A stretch of 40,693 bases of DNA from an uncultured bacterium (GCA_903861205.1 CAIOTC010000022.1:66025-106717); one strand, 5' to 3'; positions 18,860 through 27,968 are shown, numbered from the stretch's first letter. A program made the numbers and translations. Notes: generated by a model from the sequence alone, not told the origin.

Positions 18860-19777
18860 ATGTTTGACAAAAAGATGAACATTATAGCCATTTTCCTGAC
18901 CATTTTCACCCTTTTCGCCGTTCCGGCGAGTGCCGTTGATCGGCGCAAACCAACGGCTGACGAGAGTCTTCTGAAGCTTTTTGAACAGAAGATTCAGATC
19001 GACGGAGCCATCCAGGGGGAGGTGAAAGATAGGAAAGCCGCGTTGGAAGCGGCGCAGAAGAGGATCAATCAAGAGATCGACAAGGTCGCCGCTCTCGAGC
19101 GGAAGCTCGACGGGTTGAAACCAGATTGTTGCGTCTCACCAGCCAAGGCTTCGCCAAAAAAAGGAAAAGTAAAGTCGGCGATGGAATTGGAGTGTGAGTC
19201 GTTTGACAACCCGCAAAAAAAGGCGGATTGCTACACCGCGCAAAGCAACGAGGCTGCTGAAAAAGCGGCCAAAGCTGGTCGCCAAGCAATGGCACTCGAG
19301 CCCAAAACGATGAGAAAAGTGGAAGAAAAACGGGCCGAGCTCGCCAGAAGGGTCGCTGGATATAACAGAGATGTATGGAAGGCGATCCGCAACGCAGAAG
19401 TGACAGGGTGTCCTGTAGGCTCGGTGTGGGTTAACCCGGTGACTTTGAGTAAAGGGCCACTGGATCGCATCTACCACGCGCTCAAGCCGCCGCGCAGCAA
19501 CATGACAATAACCAACAACGACAAAATTGCTGTAGATATTTTCTGGACTGCGGGTGGTGAGGGACGGGTTGTTGAAAACTTGTGCCCAGGCGGCAAGCTT
19601 TGGCTTCGGCAGTATGTGGGGCCTGGTGGTGGCTTTACACGCGTTTCGTACATGGCCACTGCAACCGAAGGAAACTGGGGGGCTTCGAAGTCACCCCAAA
19701 TCTCCATCCAGTCCTGCGGGGGTTTCGGTTGCCAAATAGAGTTCTCTGAAACATGGGGAATTGAATTGCGCCGATAG
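18860..19777 (+). CDS. Secreted orphan protein (coiled coil plus Cys-containing beta domain)
   Basis: GGAGG upstream, ATG 18860, signal peptide ending VPASA; downstream terminator. Confidence 0.7.
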   Translation: MFDKKMNIIAIFLTIFTLFAVPASAVDRRKPTADESLLKLFEQKIQIDGAIQGEVKDRKAALEAAQKRINQEIDKVAALERKLDGLKPDCCVSPAKASPKKGKVKSAMELECESFDNPQKKADCYTAQSNEAAEKAAKAGRQAMALEPKTMRKVEEKRAELARRVAGYNRDVWKAIRNAEVTGCPVGSVWVNPVTLSKGPLDRIYHALKPPRSNMTITNNDKIAVDIFWTAGGEGRVVENLCPGGKLWLRQYVGPGGGFTRVSYMATATEGNWGASKSPQISIQSCGGFGCQIEFSETWGIELRR

Positions 19778-19824
19778 CACTCTGACCAAGTTTTGTGTTG
19801 CTCCTGTTGGTTCTCCCAAACCAG

Positions 19825-19858
19825 ACCGGCTGCTCCTCGTGAGTAGCCGGTATTTTTA
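19825..19858 (+). terminator. Intrinsic terminator
   Basis: accggctgctc-ctcgt-gagtagccggt followed by attttt. Confidence 0.7.
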
Positions 19859-19933
19859 TGCAAAATTACACCACATTTTAAAAATTACAAAGACGGCCAT
19901 TGTAATTTGGTAATTTGTGTTATGATGTGCCAA

Positions 19934-20425
19934 ATGAAATACATCGCTAAAAATTTGGAAGAAACGCAAAAAATTGCAGGTGATTTTGTCAAAAAAATTA
20001 TTTCCTCACCGGGTGAGGAAAAATCGGCTACAGTTGTTGGTTTGTATGGTGATCTCGGCGCCGGCAAAACTTCTTTCACACAAGGCGTGGCGCAGGCGCT
20101 CGGCGTTTTGGAAAACGTGGTCAGCCCGACTTTTGTTATTATGAAAAAATATGGAATAGAGGTTAGAGAGAAGAGAGAAGAGACTAGAAATTCATCTAAT
20201 CTCCAACCTCTAATCTCTAGTCTCTATTATCTAATTCACATCGACGCGTATCGAATCGAAAAATCATCCGAGCTTTTGCATCTCGGTTGGCAAGAAATGA
20301 TTTCCGATCCGAAAAATTTGATTTTAATCGAATGGCCGGAGCGCGTTTCTGATATTATGCCGGAGCATATTCATATTAATTTCTCACACGTTGCAGGAGA
20401 TGGTAGGGAAATTGAAATAAAGTAG
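19934..20425 (+). CDS. tsaE: tRNA threonylcarbamoyladenosine biosynthesis ATPase TsaE
   Basis: GDLGAGKTSF, VVSPTF, HIDAYR, IEWPE. Confidence 0.95.
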   Translation: MKYIAKNLEETQKIAGDFVKKIISSPGEEKSATVVGLYGDLGAGKTSFTQGVAQALGVLENVVSPTFVIMKKYGIEVREKREETRNSSNLQPLISSLYYLIHIDAYRIEKSSELLHLGWQEMISDPKNLILIEWPERVSDIMPEHIHINFSHVAGDGREIEIK

Positions 20426-20434
20426 TCACCACTG

Positions 20435-20474
20435 AAAATTTTGTCGAGAAAATGAGTTTTCTCGTAAGAAATTT
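20435..20474. repeat. Minimal copy (6) of the hairpin element, terminal stem only
   Basis: aaaattttgtcgag-aaaatgagtttt-ctcgtaagaaattt; same ends as copy 5. Confidence 0.65.
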
Positions 20475-20505
20475 GTGGCTGTTCCAATATGGTATAATCT
20501 TCTAA

Positions 20506-22863
20506 ATGACCAAACAAAAATCTACCAAAATACTGGCTCTCCTCGATGTTCATGCTATTTTGCACAGGGCGTATCATGCTTTGCCGGATTTTCGATCCAG
20601 TAGCGGCGAACCGACCGGCGCATTGTACGGGCTGTGCACTTTTTTGATCAAATTGGTCAAGGACGTCAAACCGGACTACATTGTGGCTTGTTATGATTTG
20701 CCGGAGCCGACTCAAAGGCACGAAGTGTATGCCGATTACAAAGCCGGTCGCAAAAAACCGGACGACGAACTCATTTTCCAACTGGAAAAGTCAAAAGATG
20801 TTTTCAAAGCTTTTAATATCCCGATGTATTCGTCGCCTGGATTTGAAGCGGACGATATGCTCGGCACGATTGTTGAATCGCTGAAAAATAATTCCGACAT
20901 TGACATTGTTATCGCTTCGGGCGACATGGACACCATGCAACTGGTCAGCGGGAAAAAAGTGCAGGTTTACACACTGAAAAAGGGAATCAAAGACACTATT
21001 TTGTACAATGAGGATGCGGTGGTGGAACGGTTCGGTTTCGATCCGAAACTTTTACCGGATTTCAAAGGTTTGCGCGGCGATCCGTCGGACAACATCATTG
21101 GTATTCCGGGCATCGGCGAAAAAACGGCTCAGGAACTTATTTTAAAATTCGGTTCAATTGAGGATATATATAAAGAAATTCAAAATCCAAAATCCAAAAT
21201 TCAAACGGAAATAAAACCGAGAATTCTTGAATTGCTGAAATCTGGCGAGGAGGAGGCGCTTTTTTCCAAGATGCTCGGCACAATCCGCCGGGACGCGCCG
21301 ATTTATTTTGTGTTGCCGGAAAAATTGTGGAAAGAAACGGTGAAAATGGAAGATATTCAGGATTTGTTTGGTAAACTCGAATTCAGATTGCTCGGAACGC
21401 GTGTGGCTGAAGCGCTTTCTTTAGATTTCCCAAAGGGGACCCCTTTGGGAAATGAAACTGAGTCGGAAATTGCCGAAACAAAACTTATGCTTTGGGTTGT
21501 CGACTCGAACAAAACTGATCCGACCAGGGAAGAAATTTTGTCGTTCACTCGGACAAAAACCATTACGGATGCAAAAAAAGTTTTGGAAAAAACTATCAAA
21601 GATCAAGGTTTGGAAAAAATTTACGAAGAAATAGAAAAACCGCTCTCTCCGATTTGCGATGAGATGAAAAAAGTTGGAATTAAAATTGATCTGGCACGCC
21701 TGAAAGATTTGGGAATAAAATATCATGAGGAGCTCGAAAGGCTGGAGAAAGAAATATGGAAAATCGCCGGCGGGGAATTCAACATCGCTTCGCCAAAACA
21801 GCTTGGCGAAGTGCTGTTTGTAAAGTTGGGACTGAAACCGAAAAACCAAAAGAAAACGGCCGGCGGAAAATTTTCTACCAAGGAATCCGAGCTGGAAAAA
21901 TTGCGCGAGGAACATCCGGTCGCCGGACTGATTTTGGACTACCGCGAATTGGCCAAACTTTTGGGAACTTACATAGATACCATTCCAACGCAAATAGGAG
22001 ACGATGAGAGGTTGCACGCCGATTTTATTCAGACAGGCGCATCAACCGGCAGAATGTCTAGTGCCAATCCGAATTTGCAAAACATTCCGAACAAAACCGA
22101 TTTGGGTCGGGAAATCCGCAAATCTTTCATCGCCGAAAAAGGTTTCTCGCTTGTTTCATTTGATTACTCGCAGATTGAAATTCGCATTGCCGCTTTTCTA
22201 TCCGGTGACAAGAAACTGATTGAAATTTTTAGAGATGGTTTGGATGTACACACGGCGGTGGCCAGCGAAGTTTTTGGTGTTGACCCGGCAGAAGTGACAA
22301 AGGAAATGCGAGCCAAGGCCAAGGTTATAAATTTTGGCGTGATGTACGGCATGGGTGTGACAGCCTTGCAGAAAAATATTGGTACTGGTCGAGAAGAAGC
22401 TCAGCAATTTTTGGACGGATATTTTAATAAGTTTTCAGGATTGGCCGAATATTTGGAACGAATCAAGCGAGAAACGGCACAAAAAGGCTACACAGAAACG
22501 TTTTTTGGTCGCCGCCGATATTTTCCGGAAATCCGATCCAAACTGCCTTTCATGCGCGCCGCCGCGGAGAGAATGGCCATCAACGCGCCGATCCAAGGAA
22601 CCGAAGCCGATATCATAAAATTGGCCATGATAAAAATTGATGAGTTTTTGTCGCAAAAAAATATTAAAAACGAAGCACGACTATTACTCCAAGTTCACGA
22701 TGAGCTTGTTTATGAAATAAAAGAAAAATTGGTTGAATCGATTGCGCCGGAAATAAAAAAAATTATGGAAAATATTATTTTGCCGAAAGAAACACACGGC
22801 GTGGTCTGCGTGGCGAATGTTAGCGTTGGTCAAAATTGGGGAGAGATGGATGAACTTTTTTGA
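20506..22863 (+). CDS. polA: DNA polymerase I (5'-3' exonuclease plus polymerase; 3'-5' exonuclease region reduced)
   Basis: FEADD, GDPSDNI.GIPGIGEKTA, DYSQIEIR, AKVINFG, LQVHDEL. Confidence 0.97.
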   Translation: MTKQKSTKILALLDVHAILHRAYHALPDFRSSSGEPTGALYGLCTFLIKLVKDVKPDYIVACYDLPEPTQRHEVYADYKAGRKKPDDELIFQLEKSKDVFKAFNIPMYSSPGFEADDMLGTIVESLKNNSDIDIVIASGDMDTMQLVSGKKVQVYTLKKGIKDTILYNEDAVVERFGFDPKLLPDFKGLRGDPSDNIIGIPGIGEKTAQELILKFGSIEDIYKEIQNPKSKIQTEIKPRILELLKSGEEEALFSKMLGTIRRDAPIYFVLPEKLWKETVKMEDIQDLFGKLEFRLLGTRVAEALSLDFPKGTPLGNETESEIAETKLMLWVVDSNKTDPTREEILSFTRTKTITDAKKVLEKTIKDQGLEKIYEEIEKPLSPICDEMKKVGIKIDLARLKDLGIKYHEELERLEKEIWKIAGGEFNIASPKQLGEVLFVKLGLKPKNQKKTAGGKFSTKESELEKLREEHPVAGLILDYRELAKLLGTYIDTIPTQIGDDERLHADFIQTGASTGRMSSANPNLQNIPNKTDLGREIRKSFIAEKGFSLVSFDYSQIEIRIAAFLSGDKKLIEIFRDGLDVHTAVASEVFGVDPAEVTKEMRAKAKVINFGVMYGMGVTALQKNIGTGREEAQQFLDGYFNKFSGLAEYLERIKRETAQKGYTETFFGRRRYFPEIRSKLPFMRAAAERMAINAPIQGTEADIIKLAMIKIDEFLSQKNIKNEARLLLQVHDELVYEIKEKLVESIAPEIKKIMENIILPKETHGVVCVANVSVGQNWGEMDELF

Positions 22864-22972
22864 AACAATATCATTTTTGGAGCACGGATATTTTTCTGCT
22901 GAAAAATTCCTCAAGCCTCCGCCCGCCGGCGTCCGGAGTCTCCAAAAATGACATTATTTCAGAAAAAGTTTC
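22851..22972. repeat. Long-hairpin element, copy 7, overlapping the polA stop
   Basis: Arms tgaaacaatatcatttttggag / ctccaaaaatgacattatttca; contains both TTTTCTGCTGAAAA and ctccgcccgccggcgtcc. Confidence 0.75.
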
Positions 22973-22985
22973 AATATTTTTTATT

Positions 22986-23699
22986 ATGATTTATTTCCTA
23001 CATGGAACAGATGTCTATAAAAGCCGAAAGAAAATGCACGAAATACTCGGGCAGCTTTCGGCCAAGCGGCCAAATTCGGAGGTTTTCAAAATAACGACGG
23101 AGAATTGGAATGAGGGACAATTTGACGAACTGGTGTCGGCGCAGGGACTTTTTGAACAAAAATATATTGTGGTTTTGGATTTTCTTTTCTCGCAAAAGGA
23201 TATCAAAGAAAAAATTTTGGAAAGATTGAAGGAGATGCAAGATGCCGAGCACTGGTTTTTAATTCTGGACGGAAAAGTTGACACCACGACGATAAAAAAA
23301 TTGGAAAAATTTTCTTATAAAACACAGGAGTTTAAAAAACCGGAAACAAAAAAAGAGTCGCCAATAATTTTTTCAATCACTGACAAACTTTTGGCGCGCG
23401 ACAAAAAGAAACTTTGGATTTCGTATGTCGATTTGACAAAGCAGGGAATTTCGGCCGAGGAAATTCACGGCGTCATTTTTTGGGCGGTTAAAAACATGAT
23501 TATAACCAGTCGGGTAGATAGTCCAAGAGAATCAGGTTTGACGCCGTTTTCGTACTCGAAAGCTCTTTCCGGCTCGAGAAATTACAAAGTTGAGGAACTA
23601 AAAAAAATGTCCAACGACTTGGTAAAAATGGTCCACCGAGTTCGTACCGGTGAAGGTGAGATGGAAGTGATGATGGAAAAGTGGATGCTTTCCATCTAA
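22986..23699 (+). CDS. holA: DNA polymerase III delta subunit-like (short)
   Basis: MIYFLHGTD start, QGLFEQKYIVVL, IFSITDKL pattern. Confidence 0.65.
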   Translation: MIYFLHGTDVYKSRKKMHEILGQLSAKRPNSEVFKITTENWNEGQFDELVSAQGLFEQKYIVVLDFLFSQKDIKEKILERLKEMQDAEHWFLILDGKVDTTTIKKLEKFSYKTQEFKKPETKKESPIIFSITDKLLARDKKKLWISYVDLTKQGISAEEIHGVIFWAVKNMIITSRVDSPRESGLTPFSYSKALSGSRNYKVEELKKMSNDLVKMVHRVRTGEGEMEVMMEKWMLSI

Positions 23700-23703
23700 A
23701 GGG

Positions 23704-23817
23704 CTATTTTCTCTTACCTTGCGTAAGCAGTCGCAGTCTCTTTATCTCGAGTCTCTTTTTTGTTTTTTTCGAACGCGACGTTCGATTTTTTGTGTTTGTT
23801 GCTTCTCTTTTTGCCAT
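23704..23817 (-). CDS. Putative 37-aa highly basic peptide (not in ORF track)
   Basis: MAKREATNTKNRTSRSKKTKKRLEIKRLRLLTQGKRK*; fills the gap between holA and tRNA-Lys. Confidence 0.5.
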   Translation of the reverse strand: MAKREATNTKNRTSRSKKTKKRLEIKRLRLLTQGKRK

Positions 23818-23905
23818 ATAAATGAGTATACATTAGTTTGAGAGAGAAAGATATATAATTGCTTTTTTGCGTCTATTAAGTTATATTTTACTTTGTATTT
23901 TGCTT

Positions 23906-23978
23906 GCGCCCGTAGCTCAGTCGGTAGAGCAGCTCCCTTTTAAGGAGATGGTCGTTGGTTCGATTCCAACCGGGCGCA
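23906..23978 (+). tRNA. tRNA-Lys(TTT)
   Basis: gcgcccg acceptor stem, ct-TTT-aa loop, GGTTCGATTCC. Confidence 0.92.
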
Positions 23979-24183
23979 CACGAATCAAAAACAGCATCTG
24001 CATGCTGTTTTTGTTTACGTGTGCGGGACGGAAGCATACTTTTTCAGCAGAAAAAGTAGCCGAGTCCTGGGGCAAAGAGAATTCCAGTTTGGCGAAACTG
24101 GAATTACTCGACGCCACAAGTGCGGACTTGCTCCATATTTGCACCCGTATCTTTTTTATGAGAATATATTTCGGGGGTTACAA

Positions 24184-24534
24184 ATGCCACAAGTTCTTTT
24201 TGTGTCACCGGATATGTCGGCGGTGAACGGCAGTTCGGACGCTGTTTTGAAAGTTCCAAACGCGCATGGCGCGTTAGAAGTTTTCGACAAGCAGAAAGAG
24301 CGAATTCGTCTTGTTATCATTGATTCTCGCATCCGCTGGTGGGGAATAAAACAAGAACAACGCGGATGCGCAAGACTTGCCGAACACCTGAGGCGGCCCC
24401 TAAACAGGCCGTTGGAAAATCAAACCATCCAAGTTGTGGTTATTTGCTCGGAAAGATGTGGGTTGTGCGGATACTCGTCCGTGGAAAAAGAAAAAGTGTC
24501 GGAACTGATTTCGAGCGTTCTGGAAAAAAGTTAA
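24184..24534 (+). CDS. Orphan protein resembling a degenerate receiver domain
   Basis: GALEVFDKQKERIRLVIIDSRI..IQVVVICS pattern; ATG 24184. Confidence 0.45.
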   Translation: MPQVLFVSPDMSAVNGSSDAVLKVPNAHGALEVFDKQKERIRLVIIDSRIRWWGIKQEQRGCARLAEHLRRPLNRPLENQTIQVVVICSERCGLCGYSSVEKEKVSELISSVLEKS

Positions 24535-24584
24535 AACAAAAAGCTCTGCCTTTCCGGCGGAGCTTGATTTTTTGAGGTCGGTTT

Positions 24585-24932
24585 TTACAGTGGTAAATCA
24601 ATCGCAAAGAATCCCGGTCCGGTAAAGAGAAGCGAAATCAAGACGATGGCCATGAGTTTTCGAAGCATTATTTGTTCCCACGAAAGAGACGCACTTTTTC
24701 TATCCAAGAAATAATCGAGAATAAGAAGAATGAAACCGGCAAAAGCGGCGGTTTGCGTATAAAGTCCGATTATAAGAAAAATACTTGTTAACGCGTACAA
24801 AACCGCCATCCATTTGTAGGGTTTCTTGTATCTTTGTTTGGCCGCAACCAGTCCAAAAACGCCGATTGCTAGCCGAAGAAAAAATGGCGCCAAGAGCTGA
24901 TAAGTAAATAGTTGTGGTAAAAGTGATAGCAT
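24585..24932 (-). CDS. DoxX-like membrane protein
   Basis: FLRLAIG, LIIGLYTQTAA, GPGFFAIDLPL. Confidence 0.75.
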   Translation of the reverse strand: MLSLLPQLFTYQLLAPFFLRLAIGVFGLVAAKQRYKKPYKWMAVLYALTSIFLIIGLYTQTAAFAGFILLILDYFLDRKSASLSWEQIMLRKLMAIVLISLLFTGPGFFAIDLPL

Positions 24933-24951
24933 GCGTGTATTATACATCATT

Positions 24952-25428
24952 ATGAAAAAGAAGGAAATTTTTGTTTTGCTTCACAATATTCGCAGCACAC
25001 ACAATGTCGGTTCGATTTTCCGGACGGCCGACGCAGCCGGCGCCGGCAAAATATTTTTGTCCGGCTACACGCCGACGCCCTTGGACAAATTCGGCCGGCC
25101 GCGGAAAGACATCGCCAAAGTTTCTCTTGGTGCTGAAAAAACTTTGGATTGGGAATACGCCAAAAATGCGAAAAAAATAATCGAGAAGTTGAAGAAAGAA
25201 AAATTTCAAATCGTTGCGCTGGAGCAGTCGCAAAATTCCGTCGATTACAAAAAAGTGAAAATAAAATTTCCGGTTCTGTTCGTTGTCGGCAACGAAGTCG
25301 GCGGAATTGAAAAAAATATTTTATCACTATGTGACACTGTGGCCGAAATTCCGATGCACGGCAAAAAAGAATCACTCAACGTCTCGGTCGCGTTCGGCGT
25401 TGGAATTTTTCGAATGTTAAATATTTAA
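24952..25428 (+). CDS. TrmH/SpoU family RNA methyltransferase
   Basis: HNVGSIFRTADA, VGNEVGG, ESLNVSVAFG. Confidence 0.92.
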   Translation: MKKKEIFVLLHNIRSTHNVGSIFRTADAAGAGKIFLSGYTPTPLDKFGRPRKDIAKVSLGAEKTLDWEYAKNAKKIIEKLKKEKFQIVALEQSQNSVDYKKVKIKFPVLFVVGNEVGGIEKNILSLCDTVAEIPMHGKKESLNVSVAFGVGIFRMLNI

Positions 25429-26315
25429 TATTTTATTTCATCCACCACCTTCCCATCATTGTCGTAAAGAATAATATCCTCGCGTCTGGTTTTCCAGATC
25501 GGTGAGCTACGCTTCAAATATATTCGCCAATCTTTCCCATAAAAATTTTTGTCGTCTTTGTGACCGCTGACGCAGGCCGAGTAATTCATTTTGTCCACCA
25601 GAAATTTTTTGCATTCATAACCCCAGCTATTTGGCAAATTGTTTGTCTGTGTTTTGCAGGCTGGATATGAGTCGATGTAGTCGAAGCAATCGTCGTTGGA
25701 TGTGATTTTTGGTATTGACGACAAATCTTCGTTTCGCGGCAATGGACAGCTGGTCGAAATGTACGGCACGAACGTCTGAAATTTCGAAAAATATCCGGAG
25801 CATTCGTTTACTCTGAAACTGTAACCGGTGGGGGATGTTCCGGTGATGACATAAACCGTGTCTCCGGGCGACAGGACGACTGTGTTCTCGAGATTTGTTT
25901 GTCCGCTGAAATATAGAAGCGTGCCTGTCGGTACGGAAACGGTTTCGCCGCTCGGCACGCTGTGGAGAGTCCAGCCGGTTATCGGCACGGTGGTGGTGGC
26001 CGACGACGACATATATAGAACGACATATTCGCTGCCGGCGTTGCTCGAACGGTTGACGTACTGAAGTTTGACGACACCTTTATATTTGGAATCGTTCTGG
26101 GCGGCAATTTGTTTTTCCAAATCTTTCACTTGATTTTGGGCGGTCTGAATTTGGTTTTGAATGTCGGCTTGTTTTTGCGCCTGCGATTCGGATTGGGTTT
26201 GCGCCGGAGTCGAAAAAATTCCGCCGGAATTTTTTGTCATCTTTCCTCCGCCGAAAATAGCGATGGCGACGATGACGAGTAAAACTATAATTCCGATTGA
26301 AAAATCATCTTTCAT
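25425..26315 (-). CDS. Membrane-anchored protein with coiled coil and lamin-tail-like domain
   Basis: EYVVL..ITGWTL..LSPGDTVYVITG..IW...DIILYDNDGKVVD. Confidence 0.6.
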   Translation of the reverse strand: MKDDFSIGIIVLLVIVAIAIFGGGKMTKNSGGIFSTPAQTQSESQAQKQADIQNQIQTAQNQVKDLEKQIAAQNDSKYKGVVKLQYVNRSSNAGSEYVVLYMSSSATTTVPITGWTLHSVPSGETVSVPTGTLLYFSGQTNLENTVVLSPGDTVYVITGTSPTGYSFRVNECSGYFSKFQTFVPYISTSCPLPRNEDLSSIPKITSNDDCFDYIDSYPACKTQTNNLPNSWGYECKKFLVDKMNYSACVSGHKDDKNFYGKDWRIYLKRSSPIWKTRREDIILYDNDGKVVDEIKY

Positions 26316-26327
26316 TTTGCGAATAAA

Positions 26328-27173
26328 TTATTTTTGATGAACCGGACAGAAATGCGCACTGCGCCCGCCGATTACCTTTCTTATTATTATACCACTACAA
26401 TTTTTTTTGTAACATTTTTGCCCGGCGCGCCGGTAAACTTTGTGCGCGTTTTGAAATTCTCCTTTCTTCCCGTAAATGTTGCGATAGTCGGACATGGAAT
26501 CTCCGCCCATCGAGATGGATTTTTCTAAAATCTTTTTCATGGCTTGCCAGATTTTTTTCATCTCAGCGCGAGAAATTTTTTCCGCTTTGCGCTCCGGATG
26601 AATTCCGGCTTCCCACAAAATTTCGTCCGAATAAATATTGCCGATGCCGGCAACAACCGACTGGTCCATCAAAACCGTTTTGATTTTGCCACTCGGCTTT
26701 TTTGAAATTTGTTCTGAGAATTTTTCAAAAGACAGATCGTCGAGTGGCTCCGGCCCCAGCGTTGAAATGTCGATCAAATCATTTCTCTTGTCAGTTTCAA
26801 ACAAAAAGACTTTGGCGAATTTGCGTATGTCCGAAAAGGCCAGATGTTTGCCGTTGGAAAGGGAAAAATCCAGATGAATAAATTTATCTTTATTGTCGTA
26901 CAAAAAATGCCCGGTCATTTTCATGTGAACCAATATTGTTTTGTTGCCGGAAAGATGTACCAAAACGTTTTTTCCACGCCTTTCTACTTCTTTTATTTTT
27001 TCTCCGGTAATTTCTTTTTTAAAATGTTCAAAATATTTTTTGTTCTTGATCGTTGTCGTGCTTTTGCTTGCCGTGCGCAAAAAATAATCGGACCAAACAT
27101 CGATGACTTTCAAATTGACTATTGTGGAGTTAAGGCCATTTACTGTGGTTTGGACTTCAGGTAGTTCCGGCAT
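26328..27173 (-). CDS. mutM: Formamidopyrimidine-DNA glycosylase
   Basis: MPELPEV, RRGK, GIGNIYSDE, C-terminal zinc finger. Confidence 0.96.
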   Translation of the reverse strand: MPELPEVQTTVNGLNSTIVNLKVIDVWSDYFLRTASKSTTTIKNKKYFEHFKKEITGEKIKEVERRGKNVLVHLSGNKTILVHMKMTGHFLYDNKDKFIHLDFSLSNGKHLAFSDIRKFAKVFLFETDKRNDLIDISTLGPEPLDDLSFEKFSEQISKKPSGKIKTVLMDQSVVAGIGNIYSDEILWEAGIHPERKAEKISRAEMKKIWQAMKKILEKSISMGGDSMSDYRNIYGKKGEFQNAHKVYRRAGQKCYKKNCSGIIIRKVIGGRSAHFCPVHQK

Positions 27174-27177
27174 GGTG

Positions 27178-27735
27178 TTACGAAAGTAATTTGAGAGCTT
27201 TCTTCACTTTTTGCCCGACATCGCTTTCGTCAGAAACTTTTTTGAGCGCTTCTCGGCTTTCGCGCTCGCTGTAGCCGAGTGACTTGAGCGCTTCGAGAGC
27301 GTCGATGTCGCCGGAAAGGGAAGTCGCTTCGAAAGCGATGTTTTCCAGTTTATCTTTCAGTTCGATAACGATTTTCTCCGCATTCTTTTTTCCAACGCCG
27401 GAAACTTTGACCAAGTGGCTGGTATCGCCGGAGGAAATGGCTTGGCGTAAGTTCGAAAGGGAAGCGGCGGACATAATTCCGAGAGCCGATTTCGGTCCAA
27501 TACCGGAAACGGTCAAAAGGAGTTCAAAAAAATCTAACTCCTCCTTTTTTTGAAAGCCGTAAAGATCCAAAGCGTTTTCGCGTACGGCCAAATATGTCCA
27601 AAAACTGGCAATTTCGCTCGTTTTTCCGTCTAAAATAGCCGTGTTCGTATGAATTTTGTAGCCCACGCCATTTACATCCAGCACGACAAATTTCAGATCC
27701 GTATGAATTATGGTGCCTGTCAGATGTCCGATCAT
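27178..27735 (-). CDS. ruvA: Holliday junction branch migration protein RuvA
   Basis: VNGVGY, LYGF, VSGIGPKSAL, ALKSLGYS. Confidence 0.96.
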   Translation of the reverse strand: MIGHLTGTIIHTDLKFVVLDVNGVGYKIHTNTAILDGKTSEIASFWTYLAVRENALDLYGFQKKEELDFFELLLTVSGIGPKSALGIMSAASLSNLRQAISSGDTSHLVKVSGVGKKNAEKIVIELKDKLENIAFEATSLSGDIDALEALKSLGYSERESREALKKVSDESDVGQKVKKALKLLS

Positions 27736-27771
27736 GTCCAAATAATACAATATTTAAGCCATATAATACAC

Positions 27772-27800
27772 TTGACAAACTATTTGGTAGGGTGTATAAT
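27772..27800 (+). promoter_or_regulatory. Perfect consensus sigma70 promoter of the DGR target gene
   Basis: TTGACA-N17-TATAAT. Confidence 0.8.
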
Positions 27801-27968
27801 ATAGGGGTAATTATAAAAAGTTCTTTGATACGAAATTGCGAATTTGCCACAGAGAAAAGTCTCAAAATGATTTAAATTTTGATATTTCTCGCTGTGGCAA
27901 AACGAAAGCGAGCCAAATACAACAGCAAAGCGACTCTGTTTGGAAAACAATGTCGCAAGGAGACAACC

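Noticed and set aside
9993-22863. Numerous antisense and alternate-frame ORFs inside PBP1A, tyrS, pilB and polA
   Set aside because: Shadow ORFs of well-supported genes
22860-22985. N-terminal extension of holA overlapping polA
   Set aside because: It is the translation of hairpin element copy 7; the conserved start is MIYFLHG at 22986
27879-27968. N-terminal extension of the DGR target from TTG 27879
   Set aside because: ATG 27969 has a clear AAGGAG RBS; the extension is more likely 5' UTR
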